Virus record (IMG/VR): IMGVR_UViG_3300047202_000060
Direction: 5' to 3' (one strand)
Length of the DNA stretch: 64,000 bases
From: a virus
Taxonomy: Duplodnaviria; Heunggongvirae; Uroviricota; Caudoviricetes
Of the stretch, positions 39,960 through 49,284 are shown piece after piece. The stretch's first letter is position 1. Every line of letters starts with the position of its first letter. The notes beneath the pieces were generated by a model, which was not told where the DNA came from, ran no database searches, and worked only from the letters and a program-made list of their open reading frames with translations. The translations under genes were made by a program, and so were the position numbers.

Positions 39960-40475
39960 TTGGATAAGGAAACTAAAAGATTAAAAAATCTTGAATGTAA
40001 GAAAAGAATCTATCGAGAACACGTTGAACACGGACTCTGCGGATTATGCAGAAAAAATTCATTAGATAAAAATTCAAAATCGATGTGTACTGATTGTTTA
40101 TCTCAAATGAATACTCGCAATAAACTTCGTAAACAATTACATCCTAAAGAGTACAAAGAACAAATGTCGAGATATAGCAAGAAATGGCATTACGAAGCTC
40201 TGCTAAAGATTGCTACTGATAAACATATTCCATTGCAATGTCCTTGTGGCTGTTCAGAAATAGATATGTTAGAAATAGACCATCTTGACGACAATGGAAA
40301 TGAAGAACGGAAAAAACTTTCGAGTCAATCATTTCATTTGGCTATTAGGGATGGAAAAAGAAAAACTGATGACCTTACAATATTGTGCAAAGTTTGTAAC
40401 TATATCAAGTTTTGTAATTCTAAGGCAAAAACTGGGCAATGGAAAATTAGTTTTCTACCAAATAAAAAGGAGTAA
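39960..40475 (+). CDS. HNH endonuclease (paralog family A, copy 1)
   Basis: CPCGC...LEIDHLDDNG..ERK...ILCKVCN. Confidence 0.75.
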   Translation: MDKETKRLKNLECKKRIYREHVEHGLCGLCRKNSLDKNSKSMCTDCLSQMNTRNKLRKQLHPKEYKEQMSRYSKKWHYEALLKIATDKHIPLQCPCGCSEIDMLEIDHLDDNGNEERKKLSSQSFHLAIRDGKRKTDDLTILCKVCNYIKFCNSKAKTGQWKISFLPNKKE

Positions 40476-40834
40476 TTAAAATAATCATCTTAATTTGTGG
40501 GGACCGAAACTGGAACAATTTCAAAGTTATCGAAGATTTCATTTTGATTCTTTCAAAAGATACGAAAATAATTGAGGGAGATTGTAGAGGGGCAGACAAA
40601 ATTTCTGGATTTCTGGCAAGAAAACACGGATTAGAAGTTATTCCTGTTCCAGCTAAGTGGAATGTATATGGTCTTGCGGCTGGTCCAATAAGAAATCAAG
40701 AAATGTTAGACAAGTACAAACCAAATTTAGTCGTAGCATTTCATAATGATATAGAACATAGTAAAGGTACTAGAGATATGGTTAATAGAGCAATTAAGGC
40801 TGGAATAGAAGTCAAAATAATAAAAGAAAGTTAG
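40475..40834 (+). CDS. SLOG-superfamily (DUF2493/YspA-like) protein, apparently starting at ATT
   Basis: ICGDRNW...IIEGDCRGAD...AAGPIRNQEML...SKGTRDMV; the N-terminal motif lies upstream of the first canonical start (40544). Confidence 0.8.
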   Translation: MKIIILICGDRNWNNFKVIEDFILILSKDTKIIEGDCRGADKISGFLARKHGLEVIPVPAKWNVYGLAAGPIRNQEMLDKYKPNLVVAFHNDIEHSKGTRDMVNRAIKAGIEVKIIKES

Positions 40835-41277
40835 TTAGGTCTTGGTTGAACAGAACTTCTCTCAGTTTCTTTTTCTTCTTCTTTGCAAGCACAGAGGTCT
40901 ATTGGTAATCCACATTTCGGACATTTTCCTTTTGCTCTATAGAGGTCTGATATGTTACCCTGTGGTTGTTCCTTCTCTGGAAACTCCAAGTTTTTCAAAA
41001 CCAACTCAACTTCCATTTTGGGATTTACCGCTTTTACAACCAGAAGTAATTTCTTCAATCTACGATGACAAACTATCTTTCCACTTGCATCCTGATATTC
41101 TTTTTCCTCATCTAACAAGATTTTGGGGTAATGAATAGCAAGCCAAAGCGTAGAATCCATCTCTTTCTCAATTCGTTTCTGGATACGATTCATATATACA
41201 CAATATTTGATTTGTTTCATCAATTCTGGATGTTGTTCGATATTTTCAAGGAATTTTTGCATTTTTCGTGTAATCAA
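40831..41277 (-). CDS. Hypothetical protein with C-terminal Zn finger
   Basis: CPKCGLPIDLCAC; promoter at 41325-41340. Confidence 0.5.
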   Translation of the reverse strand: MITRKMQKFLENIEQHPELMKQIKYCVYMNRIQKRIEKEMDSTLWLAIHYPKILLDEEKEYQDASGKIVCHRRLKKLLLVVKAVNPKMEVELVLKNLEFPEKEQPQGNISDLYRAKGKCPKCGLPIDLCACKEEEKETERSSVQPRPN

Positions 41278-41291
41278 GCATATATCACCTT

Positions 41292-41307
41292 TTAATCAAC
41301 TGATTAA
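41292..41307. promoter_or_regulatory. Palindromic operator copy 4
   Basis: ttaatcaactgattaa between the TATA box and the start codon. Confidence 0.7.
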
Positions 41308-41418
41308 TACTAATTACATTCTCCTATTTAAAGGTTATGGACAGAAAGTGTTTAAAAAATATACTATTTGTGTTAGAATAATGCTTAAATACTCGATTGA
41401 CGTATATATATCCATTGA

Positions 41419-41892
41419 GTGATTATCATGGCTGAAGATGAAAAAGTACGAAGATTGGGTGAAAGATTCAAAAGAACACCTGAACAACTAGCCGAAGACA
41501 TCAAGAATCTGGAACTTGCAAAAGAAAAGATGACACAGAACTCAGAGGAACTTGACAAAAATCTGAAACATTTTCATGACTTACTTGACCCAATATTGGA
41601 CCCCAATACTGGTCAACCTTTATGTTGGGTCCGCCGACCATCTCAAAAAGAGTGGGAAGAAATGGCTCCCGCTGAATTGATGCAATATCAAGATACTCCA
41701 AATGATGTACCTAAAGAAGTTATGGAAAAATACAAATATCATCAATTTGATATGATGTCAAAACTCATTGCAAAACCACAACATGATGCTAACTGGTGGA
41801 GAGAAAATACCGATTTGGTATTCCAAGAAATGTTTCAGATATACTTGCTAGATGTATATCGGAAACTAGGAATCATGGTCGGAAATTTTTAG
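41419..41892 (+). CDS. Tail assembly chaperone (gpG-like)
   Basis: Acidic helical protein at the start of the tail operon; ends in the slippery A-AAT-TTT-TAG. Confidence 0.7.
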   Translation: MIIMAEDEKVRRLGERFKRTPEQLAEDIKNLELAKEKMTQNSEELDKNLKHFHDLLDPILDPNTGQPLCWVRRPSQKEWEEMAPAELMQYQDTPNDVPKEVMEKYKYHQFDMMSKLIAKPQHDANWWRENTDLVFQEMFQIYLLDVYRKLGIMVGNF

Positions 41893-42068
41893 CCACCAAT
41901 TATGGATTTAACATCATGTCAATCTGTGAATTCCTGCATTGCAGTTACAGCGAGTTAGACTTAAGGTGTCCATCATTGGCAGATAAAATAATGATACTTG
42001 AATACATTAAAGCCAAATCCAATAAAGAAGAATATGCCATGAGACAAGCACAAAATAGAGGAAAATAA
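41883..42068 (+). CDS. -1 frameshift extension of the tail chaperone (gpGT-like)
   Basis: Heptamer A AAT TTT at 41883-41889; the -1 frame is open to 42068 (FLATNYGFNIMSICEFLHCSYSELD...). Confidence 0.7.
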   Translation, partial: KFLATNYGFNIMSICEFLHCSYSELDLRCPSLADKIMILEYIKAKSNKEEYAMRQAQNRGK

Positions 42069-42070
42069 AA

Positions 42071-42535
42071 ATGATGTCAATAGGAATAACAAACGATGGA
42101 ACAATTCAAGATACAGAATTAAGTCTGCAAGAAATTAGAGATAACATTGCATATGAAGTAGCACAAGAACTTGATATGATTTGGGAAGAAATTAGAGATT
42201 TGGCAATAGAAATATGCCCTAAAGAAACGGGAGCATTAGCTTCTTCTATCGAGATAGAAAATGAGGGTGGAAGTGGTGCAATAGGAGTTAGCGGAATTGC
42301 TGGTGGAGAATTTTACAGTAGTTCAATATATGCTGGTAACGAATCTGTTGTTAATCCTATTACTGGACAAACAACCGCCGAATATGCTCTATTTGTTCAT
42401 GATGGTCATGCTATGCCTAATGGCATGTTTTATGAAGGTGTACCATTTCTCGCTGAAGCTGTTGCGGCTTATGAGAGTGAACTCGATGCGGCTGTTGATA
42501 AAGCTATGAGCGATAATGGATGGAACACTCAATAA
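42071..42535 (+). CDS. HK97 gp10-like tail/neck component
   Basis: AIEICPKETGALASSI...EYALFVHDGH...PFLAEAV. Confidence 0.75.
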   Translation: MMSIGITNDGTIQDTELSLQEIRDNIAYEVAQELDMIWEEIRDLAIEICPKETGALASSIEIENEGGSGAIGVSGIAGGEFYSSSIYAGNESVVNPITGQTTAEYALFVHDGHAMPNGMFYEGVPFLAEAVAAYESELDAAVDKAMSDNGWNTQ

Positions 42536-42548
42536 TAGGTGATGTGAA

Positions 42549-43388
42549 ATGTCTGGTACAAATTTAAGAACAATCTGGATTACTCTAAGAGCGGTAAACT
42601 ATACAACCGCTGTATTTACAAATGTAATCACAAATATGAAAGGATTAGATGCCGCAACAAAACAAGCTATAAATTCAAGTTTGAATCTAGGTAAATCAGC
42701 TTTTGCGGCTGGAATGTTATTCAACGTTTTAGGAAGTCAAATAGGTGGTGCTGGCGGACAACTGTTGCAATATGCTTCATATGCTATGTTTGTTGTATCC
42801 GCACTCAGTTACCTTAAAGCGGTACTTATTTTCCTAGATGGAGTTCTTTATTCTGAAACTGCAATTGTAAATGGTCTTGCAAGTTCTTGGGTAAAATTAG
42901 GAATTGCTATGGGAGCGGCTGTTGCGGCATTTTCAATTGTTTATATGATAACTTCCCAATTTGGTAGAACTGCTGGGTTAGTTACTGGACTTGCTATGGC
43001 AATTATTGGATTAGCAATGGCTATAGCTTTGATTAAAGGTGTAGTAACTTTTGGCTCTACTGCTATGCAAGATGTAGCTACATTTGCGGCAATAGGTGTA
43101 GCGGCTGGTGGAGCAATGGGAGCTATATATGCTGGAACACAACATCAAATGGGTACAAGAATGGCTGAAGTAACAGGTCCAGCGATTCTTCACCATGGAG
43201 AAGTTGTTTATAATCCCGCTACTGGAAGACCAACACAGATAGGAAATGATTTACAAGGGGGCAGAATGGGTATTACAACTATAGATGCTTCAATGCATGT
43301 TGATACACTCAATACAAAAGCAAGTAAAGAAGAATTAAATGAACTTTTACGAAAACAAGGAAGACAAATTGCGAACGATAGAAGATGA
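42549..43388 (+). CDS. Short tape measure protein
   Basis: ITLRAVNYT N-terminus, A/G-rich hydrophobic helices, C-terminal GTRMAEVTGPAILHHGEVV motif. Confidence 0.7.
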   Translation: MSGTNLRTIWITLRAVNYTTAVFTNVITNMKGLDAATKQAINSSLNLGKSAFAAGMLFNVLGSQIGGAGGQLLQYASYAMFVVSALSYLKAVLIFLDGVLYSETAIVNGLASSWVKLGIAMGAAVAAFSIVYMITSQFGRTAGLVTGLAMAIIGLAMAIALIKGVVTFGSTAMQDVATFAAIGVAAGGAMGAIYAGTQHQMGTRMAEVTGPAILHHGEVVYNPATGRPTQIGNDLQGGRMGITTIDASMHVDTLNTKASKEELNELLRKQGRQIANDRR

Positions 43389-43783
43389 TTGTGATGGAAG
43401 AACAAATAAGTGATGGTCTAACTAATTCACAAAGATGGCGTTTTAGACACCCAGAAAAAGTCAAAGAATATAGTGAAAAATTAGCAGAAGATAATAGAAA
43501 AATTAGAAAAAAACTAAAAGAAGAAATTTATCATATGCTTGGAAATAAATGTTCTAATCCAAATTGCTTGGTTCCAAATGGATGTAGAGATGTTCGATGT
43601 CTCCAAATCGACCACATTAATGGTGGCGGACAAAAGTCAAGAAAACAATTTCAAGCAAATTACATAAAATATTATACTTTTGTTTTACAACAACTCAAAG
43701 CTGGTTCTAAGGACTACCAGTTACTTTGTGCTAATTGTAACTGGATAAAACGAGTAGAAGCAAAAGAATGGGGATGGAGATAA
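43385..43783 (+). CDS. HNH endonuclease (family A, copy 2)
   Basis: LGNKC...C...LQIDHINGGG...QLLCANCNWIK. Confidence 0.8.
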   Translation: MIVMEEQISDGLTNSQRWRFRHPEKVKEYSEKLAEDNRKIRKKLKEEIYHMLGNKCSNPNCLVPNGCRDVRCLQIDHINGGGQKSRKQFQANYIKYYTFVLQQLKAGSKDYQLLCANCNWIKRVEAKEWGWR

Positions 43784-46700
43784 TTATGCCAACATGGACT
43801 GTATCTATAAATGGAACTACTCGAAAATATAAGACATTTGAAATAAATAGAAAAGTTAGAATGGATTCTCCACCAGAATTTACAGCCATGATTGAGTATG
43901 CAGATGATGTTGACTTTAATAACGTCATTACTTTTCTACGTGACGACAAAGTTGAGTGGAAAGGTTTTGTCGAAGACCTAGAAATTGATTGGGATGAAAA
44001 TGGACGTTATCTCCTTCTTGGTGGACGTGACGTTACGTTGCTTCTTTGGAGAAAATATGTAGAAAACTTTAATAATCCTATTCCTAAAACTGGTGGATTC
44101 TTTGGGACAGTTAGTGCAAGCGAACTTATTCAATTCTTACTTAGAACACCACGTTCAGACCTTCCCATAAATCAAAAAACAGATGATGATTGTGTAGTTC
44201 AGCAATATCAATTTAATAAGGAAGGATGGGGAATAGATTCTTCTCGATTCAAAAGTCTTGATGCACATAATACAGATACAGCATATGGGGACATAAATAC
44301 TACTATTTTGCGAAAACGAAATTTATATTGGTCAAATAGTGGTAGTCCATTTCAAGGAACTGTAAAAGTAGTTGATGATGTTACTTCACTTGGATGGGAA
44401 ACTTGTGATGGTAGTGGTTGCGGGGGTGGACATGGCATTTCGCCATATATTAATTTAAATACTGAAGCAAGTTGGATTCATTCTCATACAGGAATAAATG
44501 ATGTAGCTGAATTTACATTTGAAGACCTTTCAAGTGCTACAGCCATAAATAGTGTTGTGCTTGTAATAACATGGAAGCCAGATACAACTTGGAATCCATT
44601 TATAAATTCCGATTGTCACGTTCAAATTTGGAAAAATTCAATTGGTGGTTGGTGTGAAATAGGAGATTTTGGTGGACGAGACCCACCATGGAGTAATCCA
44701 TGGCATATAGTAGAATTTGACATTTCTTCACTTATTCAAATTGTTGATGATATAAATAATATAAAAGTAAGATTTATTGAAACTGGTAGTCTTTCTACAA
44801 GTATTACATATGCAAGTCTTTCAATAAGTTATGCAGAAAATGGAACTCAATCAACTGATGATTGGGTCTCAATGACGTTTGATGATGAAACAATAACGGG
44901 AATATATTTTGAATGTAGAGCACATCCAGATAATTATCCACGAAATTACAAAATAACATGTAGTGGTGCTAGAGAAGATTTTTCAGATTATATAGAAGAA
45001 GACCCAAACAATCATATTACATTAGAGGATTCAAATCAAACTTGTGATTTTGGTTCTTACCAAGATGAAATCGCATATTTATATAAAGATTATGGCGAAG
45101 GTCCTTTAGGAGATTTTGAAGAATACTTCTCATTTGAGGTAGATAGTTCTGAACCTCATCCCTATGCATTTATTCCGTGGTGTCTCTCTAATTATCTCGA
45201 AGATTATAAAACTCTACTTAATACTCCTTCACACTACTTTACTGCAATTGAAGTAGGAAATTCAAATAATATATTAACTCTTAACGTTGCAGTTCAAGAT
45301 GTTGGTGGATTAAGATATGCACCGAGTCCACCTACTATTCTCTTTAATACACGTTATTTTGTTAAAGCTACAAGAAATGGCTTTGGACTCAGATACCAAA
45401 TTTTCGATAACTCTTTAATGAGAACTGAAGATTTGATTAAAGATACAACACTTATAAGTAATGCTGGTACATTCCAATATAGATTCCAAGCAATAACCTA
45501 TAATGGCTTTGAATGGTCAACAGAATTTGCACATACTATGGATAGCATTGGTACTGGTGGAGAACAAGTAACCCCTAACGGCGATTTTGAAAGTGGCAGT
45601 TTTCTACCTTATTGGGCTGGGGGTGCGTATTCAATAGTTGGCGGTGGTGCTCAACATTCTGGAAATTGGTGTTGTAAAATTACTGCTGTAGATTCTGATA
45701 TATATCGAACTAATGATATGAATATTGACAAACTTTATGTAACATCTGCTTCAATGTGGCACAATTCACCTATAGGTTCGACATTTGTTATACATTTGAT
45801 TTTTACAGATGCAACTTATTTTGATATTACCGTAAATGGAACTGGAATTTGGACAGAGCAAGACCTTTTAGCATATTGGGCTGATGGAAAATCTTTGAAA
45901 AATATTGAAATTGAACATAATACAGCCATAATGTATATTGACGATATTTCGGTATATGAAGATAGTGGCTGGTCAACAATGGGTGGAGATGCAACATATA
46001 GTACCGATACCGTTGATGAAATTGAGGGAATTGGTTGTGAAAAAATTGAGGCAACTGCTGGACAGAAATACTATTTTGAAGAAAACATTACTCCTATGGA
46101 TGAAAAAAGAGTTGATGGTTGGGTACGTGTTCCCGCACCAGCATCCGAAGAAATAAACACAGATATTCATATTCCAGATGATGATACTGATGTAGATTTT
46201 AGTGACCCTCATCAATGGACAGGTGTAAATACATCTCCATGGCTTAACGATGATGATGATACAAACTATATATTAAGTGATGCTGTAATTCAAGGGTCAT
46301 TTGGAAATTATTGGTGGTTTGAAAATCAGATAGATTCAAAATATGGTTCATTTATTCCAAATAGCAACTGTAGAGTCTATTTCAAAGCAAAGTTATTTGA
46401 CGGAGAAGGTGGACATGCAACTACAATTCCTTTAGGCATTAGATTATGGGTTCAACATCTTAATGACGGGACAGGGGAATGGACATCCGATATAGGCTGG
46501 GCAGATTGCACATCTACATCATACGAAACAGGTTATTTTGTAATTGACTCTTATCTAACGACTTTGGATGATTGGAAAAACGCAAAATTTAAAATTGATA
46601 TAGGAAACATTGTGGGTGGCGGTGCAGATAAAGGTGGAATAATAGTTACATATGCATATCTCCATATGGAAGGAACTGGCTATATGGGTGAAATATTCTT

Positions 46701-49284
46701 AATGAAACTATATAATCATGATGTTATTGCTGGTCCAGACCCAGATATTGATAACTGTTGTGCTGGTGTTTCAGTCGCTCTTGACCCTACAGCTATAAGC
46801 GACCAAGATAAATGGAGATGGAATGTTTATGCAAACGGAGTATATAGTAGTATTCCCGTTCATTATAACATTCTTTCAACAGAAGCAGTAACAAGTGATA
46901 CGTGGTATAAACTCAGACTCTATACTAAAAAAGACTCAAGTGCTGGTTATGCCAAACTTTATGACATCACAAGTGGAAGTGAAGTAGAACTTTGCGAATG
47001 TACTGGATATTTGGGATTCTTAGATAATAGTAGTTATGGTCAACCAGATAGATATGATTTCGAAGCCAGATTCGGAACTTATAATTCTGGAATTGTTTAT
47101 CTTGATTGGACACAAGTTCAAGAAAGAGGTCCAACTCACAGTACGGGATATGTTTATTCTGGATATGGTTCAGATATTATTCTGGTAAATAAAACTGATA
47201 ACATCTATCCAGATATAATTCATAGTTGGGGACCACGTTTAATGAATAATCTTAAAATTTCAATAACGGAAAATGACCCTAATCATGGATGGGAGATTTC
47301 ACAAATCTATCTATACAAAACTGACCCAATAAAATATCTGGTAGTCGATGGATATATGTCAGACCCGACAACAAAAGTATCTGACTTTTCTACACCAATA
47401 GAAGAGAAATTCACATTTTCTGCCATTGACTATATTCCATGTGAAGATACAGATATTGGAAAACAAGTTTTTGTTGTGAACTTTGGTTCTACTGTTGGAG
47501 AACTTGTATCTTTTGATAACGACTTGAGAGAATGGCGTGTTGCCACAGCATCAGAATTTATCGTAAGCGGATTCGTAATAAATGTAGATGGTGGAACTGG
47601 TGCTGGTGTATTATCTGCCGATGCTGTAGTTTGCTATGCTGGTGGTCCATATCTTACTCTTGGAGATGAATTCAATAACTTTGAATATTCTACTCCTATA
47701 GGTCCAATAAATATTCCGAAAAACAGATTGTTCGATGTTCTTTGGGACTTATGTATAACTATAACCGATGACTATATGCCATATGAGTGGTGGGTAGGTT
47801 ATGATATAAATAATAAATTCCATATTGGAAGTCATCGCGGAACAGATAAATCTATTACAGGTACAAATACAATTACTTTCACAACTGGCGTAAATATGGG
47901 TAGTGTAAAATATGCAAAATCTTCGAGAGATACTTATCAAAGATGCCAAGTTATAGGTAGCGGAGAAGGAAATACTCAGGTAAATACAAGTTCATTCTGG
48001 GAATCTGATGAAAATGCAATGGATGAAATACATGGATTTATAGAAGATATTTTCACTCAGAAACAAGTTACAAGTCCAAAAATTGCAAATCGTTATGCTA
48101 AAGTAAAATTGAAACTCGATGCTAGTCCAAAAAGAAAGAACGCAATAAGATGTATAATTAACTATGATACTTATGTAACATTTGATTATGAAGACCCAAC
48201 ACATTCAGGTGCATATGATACTTATGATGTTGGAGATGATGTCAATCTTAATGATGTTTTCACAGGTCTTGGTCCTAGCGATAATAGTCAAGGTAGTTAT
48301 AGAATTTGGAATATAAAGAAAACTGTGGATAATAATGGAGAAATTGTAACTTTAACTTGTCAAGCACCATATTTGGATATTGGAAATGTTTGGACTCAAA
48401 TATGGAATGAATTAAAACGAATAGGTATAGTTGGAAGTTTTGCTCAGGATTGGGCTGGTGAAGGGACAGATACGGGGCTTATAAGTACAGACAAAATAGC
48501 TACGCTCTTTACAGCAACAGCAAAAAATGAGGAAACTGATACTTCTACTCCATCTGATAGCCCTAATTGGTACACAACTCCAACCCCACTACATGGTGCT
48601 GGTTGGAAATCTGATAGTGGCAATCTATCAATTTATGGCGGAGATTCTGGTGGACTAGGAGAAATGGAAGTTGAAGCTAAATATGCGGCTGTCTATCAAG
48701 ATGATGGATATACAATTGTAACTACAACTCCAATTCCAGCAAATGCAATCCTTGTTCCAGCAGATATTCCAATAACTCAAGAACCGAAATTTACAGGTTC
48801 ATTCAAGATTATAGAACCTATCGGTACTAATTTTACATTCTGGAATGATAATGATTTTGTAGAGTTTGGAATATTCAATCGAGATGCAAACACGGGATAT
48901 AAATTCAGAGTAGTATGTCATCCAGCGGGTACGTTCATATTGTATGCAGTTTATGTAAATAGAAGTACCCCCATATTGAAACCAATATGTACGGTTTTCT
49001 CAAGTGATGGTATTACCAAGAATTATAAATATAAAGTTGAAATAATCACAGACTATACAAAAAGTTCAATAAGTACCGTTACATTTAATGTTTATCAAGA
49101 AACAGATAGTAACGGTAATCCTTTGGATGACCCAGCTTCTACACAATTAAGTGCAGTTTTCTCAAATGTAGATAAAAGTCTCGTGGTTAGACCAATATAT
49201 GTTCATGCTTATGGTGTTGGTGGAGCAAATCTAAGATGTATCATGAACTTCTATGAATTAAAATGTGAAAGGGACATAATATGA
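43768..49284 (+). CDS. Large baseplate hub / tail tip protein with inserted beta-sandwich modules
   Basis: Hub-like N-terminus (VEWKGFVEDLE...GRD) and C-terminal part (TYQRCQVIG, DVGDDV...YRIWNIKK); 1838 aa; D/S/T/W-rich. Confidence 0.7.
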   Translation: MGMEIIMPTWTVSINGTTRKYKTFEINRKVRMDSPPEFTAMIEYADDVDFNNVITFLRDDKVEWKGFVEDLEIDWDENGRYLLLGGRDVTLLLWRKYVENFNNPIPKTGGFFGTVSASELIQFLLRTPRSDLPINQKTDDDCVVQQYQFNKEGWGIDSSRFKSLDAHNTDTAYGDINTTILRKRNLYWSNSGSPFQGTVKVVDDVTSLGWETCDGSGCGGGHGISPYINLNTEASWIHSHTGINDVAEFTFEDLSSATAINSVVLVITWKPDTTWNPFINSDCHVQIWKNSIGGWCEIGDFGGRDPPWSNPWHIVEFDISSLIQIVDDINNIKVRFIETGSLSTSITYASLSISYAENGTQSTDDWVSMTFDDETITGIYFECRAHPDNYPRNYKITCSGAREDFSDYIEEDPNNHITLEDSNQTCDFGSYQDEIAYLYKDYGEGPLGDFEEYFSFEVDSSEPHPYAFIPWCLSNYLEDYKTLLNTPSHYFTAIEVGNSNNILTLNVAVQDVGGLRYAPSPPTILFNTRYFVKATRNGFGLRYQIFDNSLMRTEDLIKDTTLISNAGTFQYRFQAITYNGFEWSTEFAHTMDSIGTGGEQVTPNGDFESGSFLPYWAGGAYSIVGGGAQHSGNWCCKITAVDSDIYRTNDMNIDKLYVTSASMWHNSPIGSTFVIHLIFTDATYFDITVNGTGIWTEQDLLAYWADGKSLKNIEIEHNTAIMYIDDISVYEDSGWSTMGGDATYSTDTVDEIEGIGCEKIEATAGQKYYFEENITPMDEKRVDGWVRVPAPASEEINTDIHIPDDDTDVDFSDPHQWTGVNTSPWLNDDDDTNYILSDAVIQGSFGNYWWFENQIDSKYGSFIPNSNCRVYFKAKLFDGEGGHATTIPLGIRLWVQHLNDGTGEWTSDIGWADCTSTSYETGYFVIDSYLTTLDDWKNAKFKIDIGNIVGGGADKGGIIVTYAYLHMEGTGYMGEIFLMKLYNHDVIAGPDPDIDNCCAGVSVALDPTAISDQDKWRWNVYANGVYSSIPVHYNILSTEAVTSDTWYKLRLYTKKDSSAGYAKLYDITSGSEVELCECTGYLGFLDNSSYGQPDRYDFEARFGTYNSGIVYLDWTQVQERGPTHSTGYVYSGYGSDIILVNKTDNIYPDIIHSWGPRLMNNLKISITENDPNHGWEISQIYLYKTDPIKYLVVDGYMSDPTTKVSDFSTPIEEKFTFSAIDYIPCEDTDIGKQVFVVNFGSTVGELVSFDNDLREWRVATASEFIVSGFVINVDGGTGAGVLSADAVVCYAGGPYLTLGDEFNNFEYSTPIGPINIPKNRLFDVLWDLCITITDDYMPYEWWVGYDINNKFHIGSHRGTDKSITGTNTITFTTGVNMGSVKYAKSSRDTYQRCQVIGSGEGNTQVNTSSFWESDENAMDEIHGFIEDIFTQKQVTSPKIANRYAKVKLKLDASPKRKNAIRCIINYDTYVTFDYEDPTHSGAYDTYDVGDDVNLNDVFTGLGPSDNSQGSYRIWNIKKTVDNNGEIVTLTCQAPYLDIGNVWTQIWNELKRIGIVGSFAQDWAGEGTDTGLISTDKIATLFTATAKNEETDTSTPSDSPNWYTTPTPLHGAGWKSDSGNLSIYGGDSGGLGEMEVEAKYAAVYQDDGYTIVTTTPIPANAILVPADIPITQEPKFTGSFKIIEPIGTNFTFWNDNDFVEFGIFNRDANTGYKFRVVCHPAGTFILYAVYVNRSTPILKPICTVFSSDGITKNYKYKVEIITDYTKSSISTVTFNVYQETDSNGNPLDDPASTQLSAVFSNVDKSLVVRPIYVHAYGVGGANLRCIMNFYELKCERDII

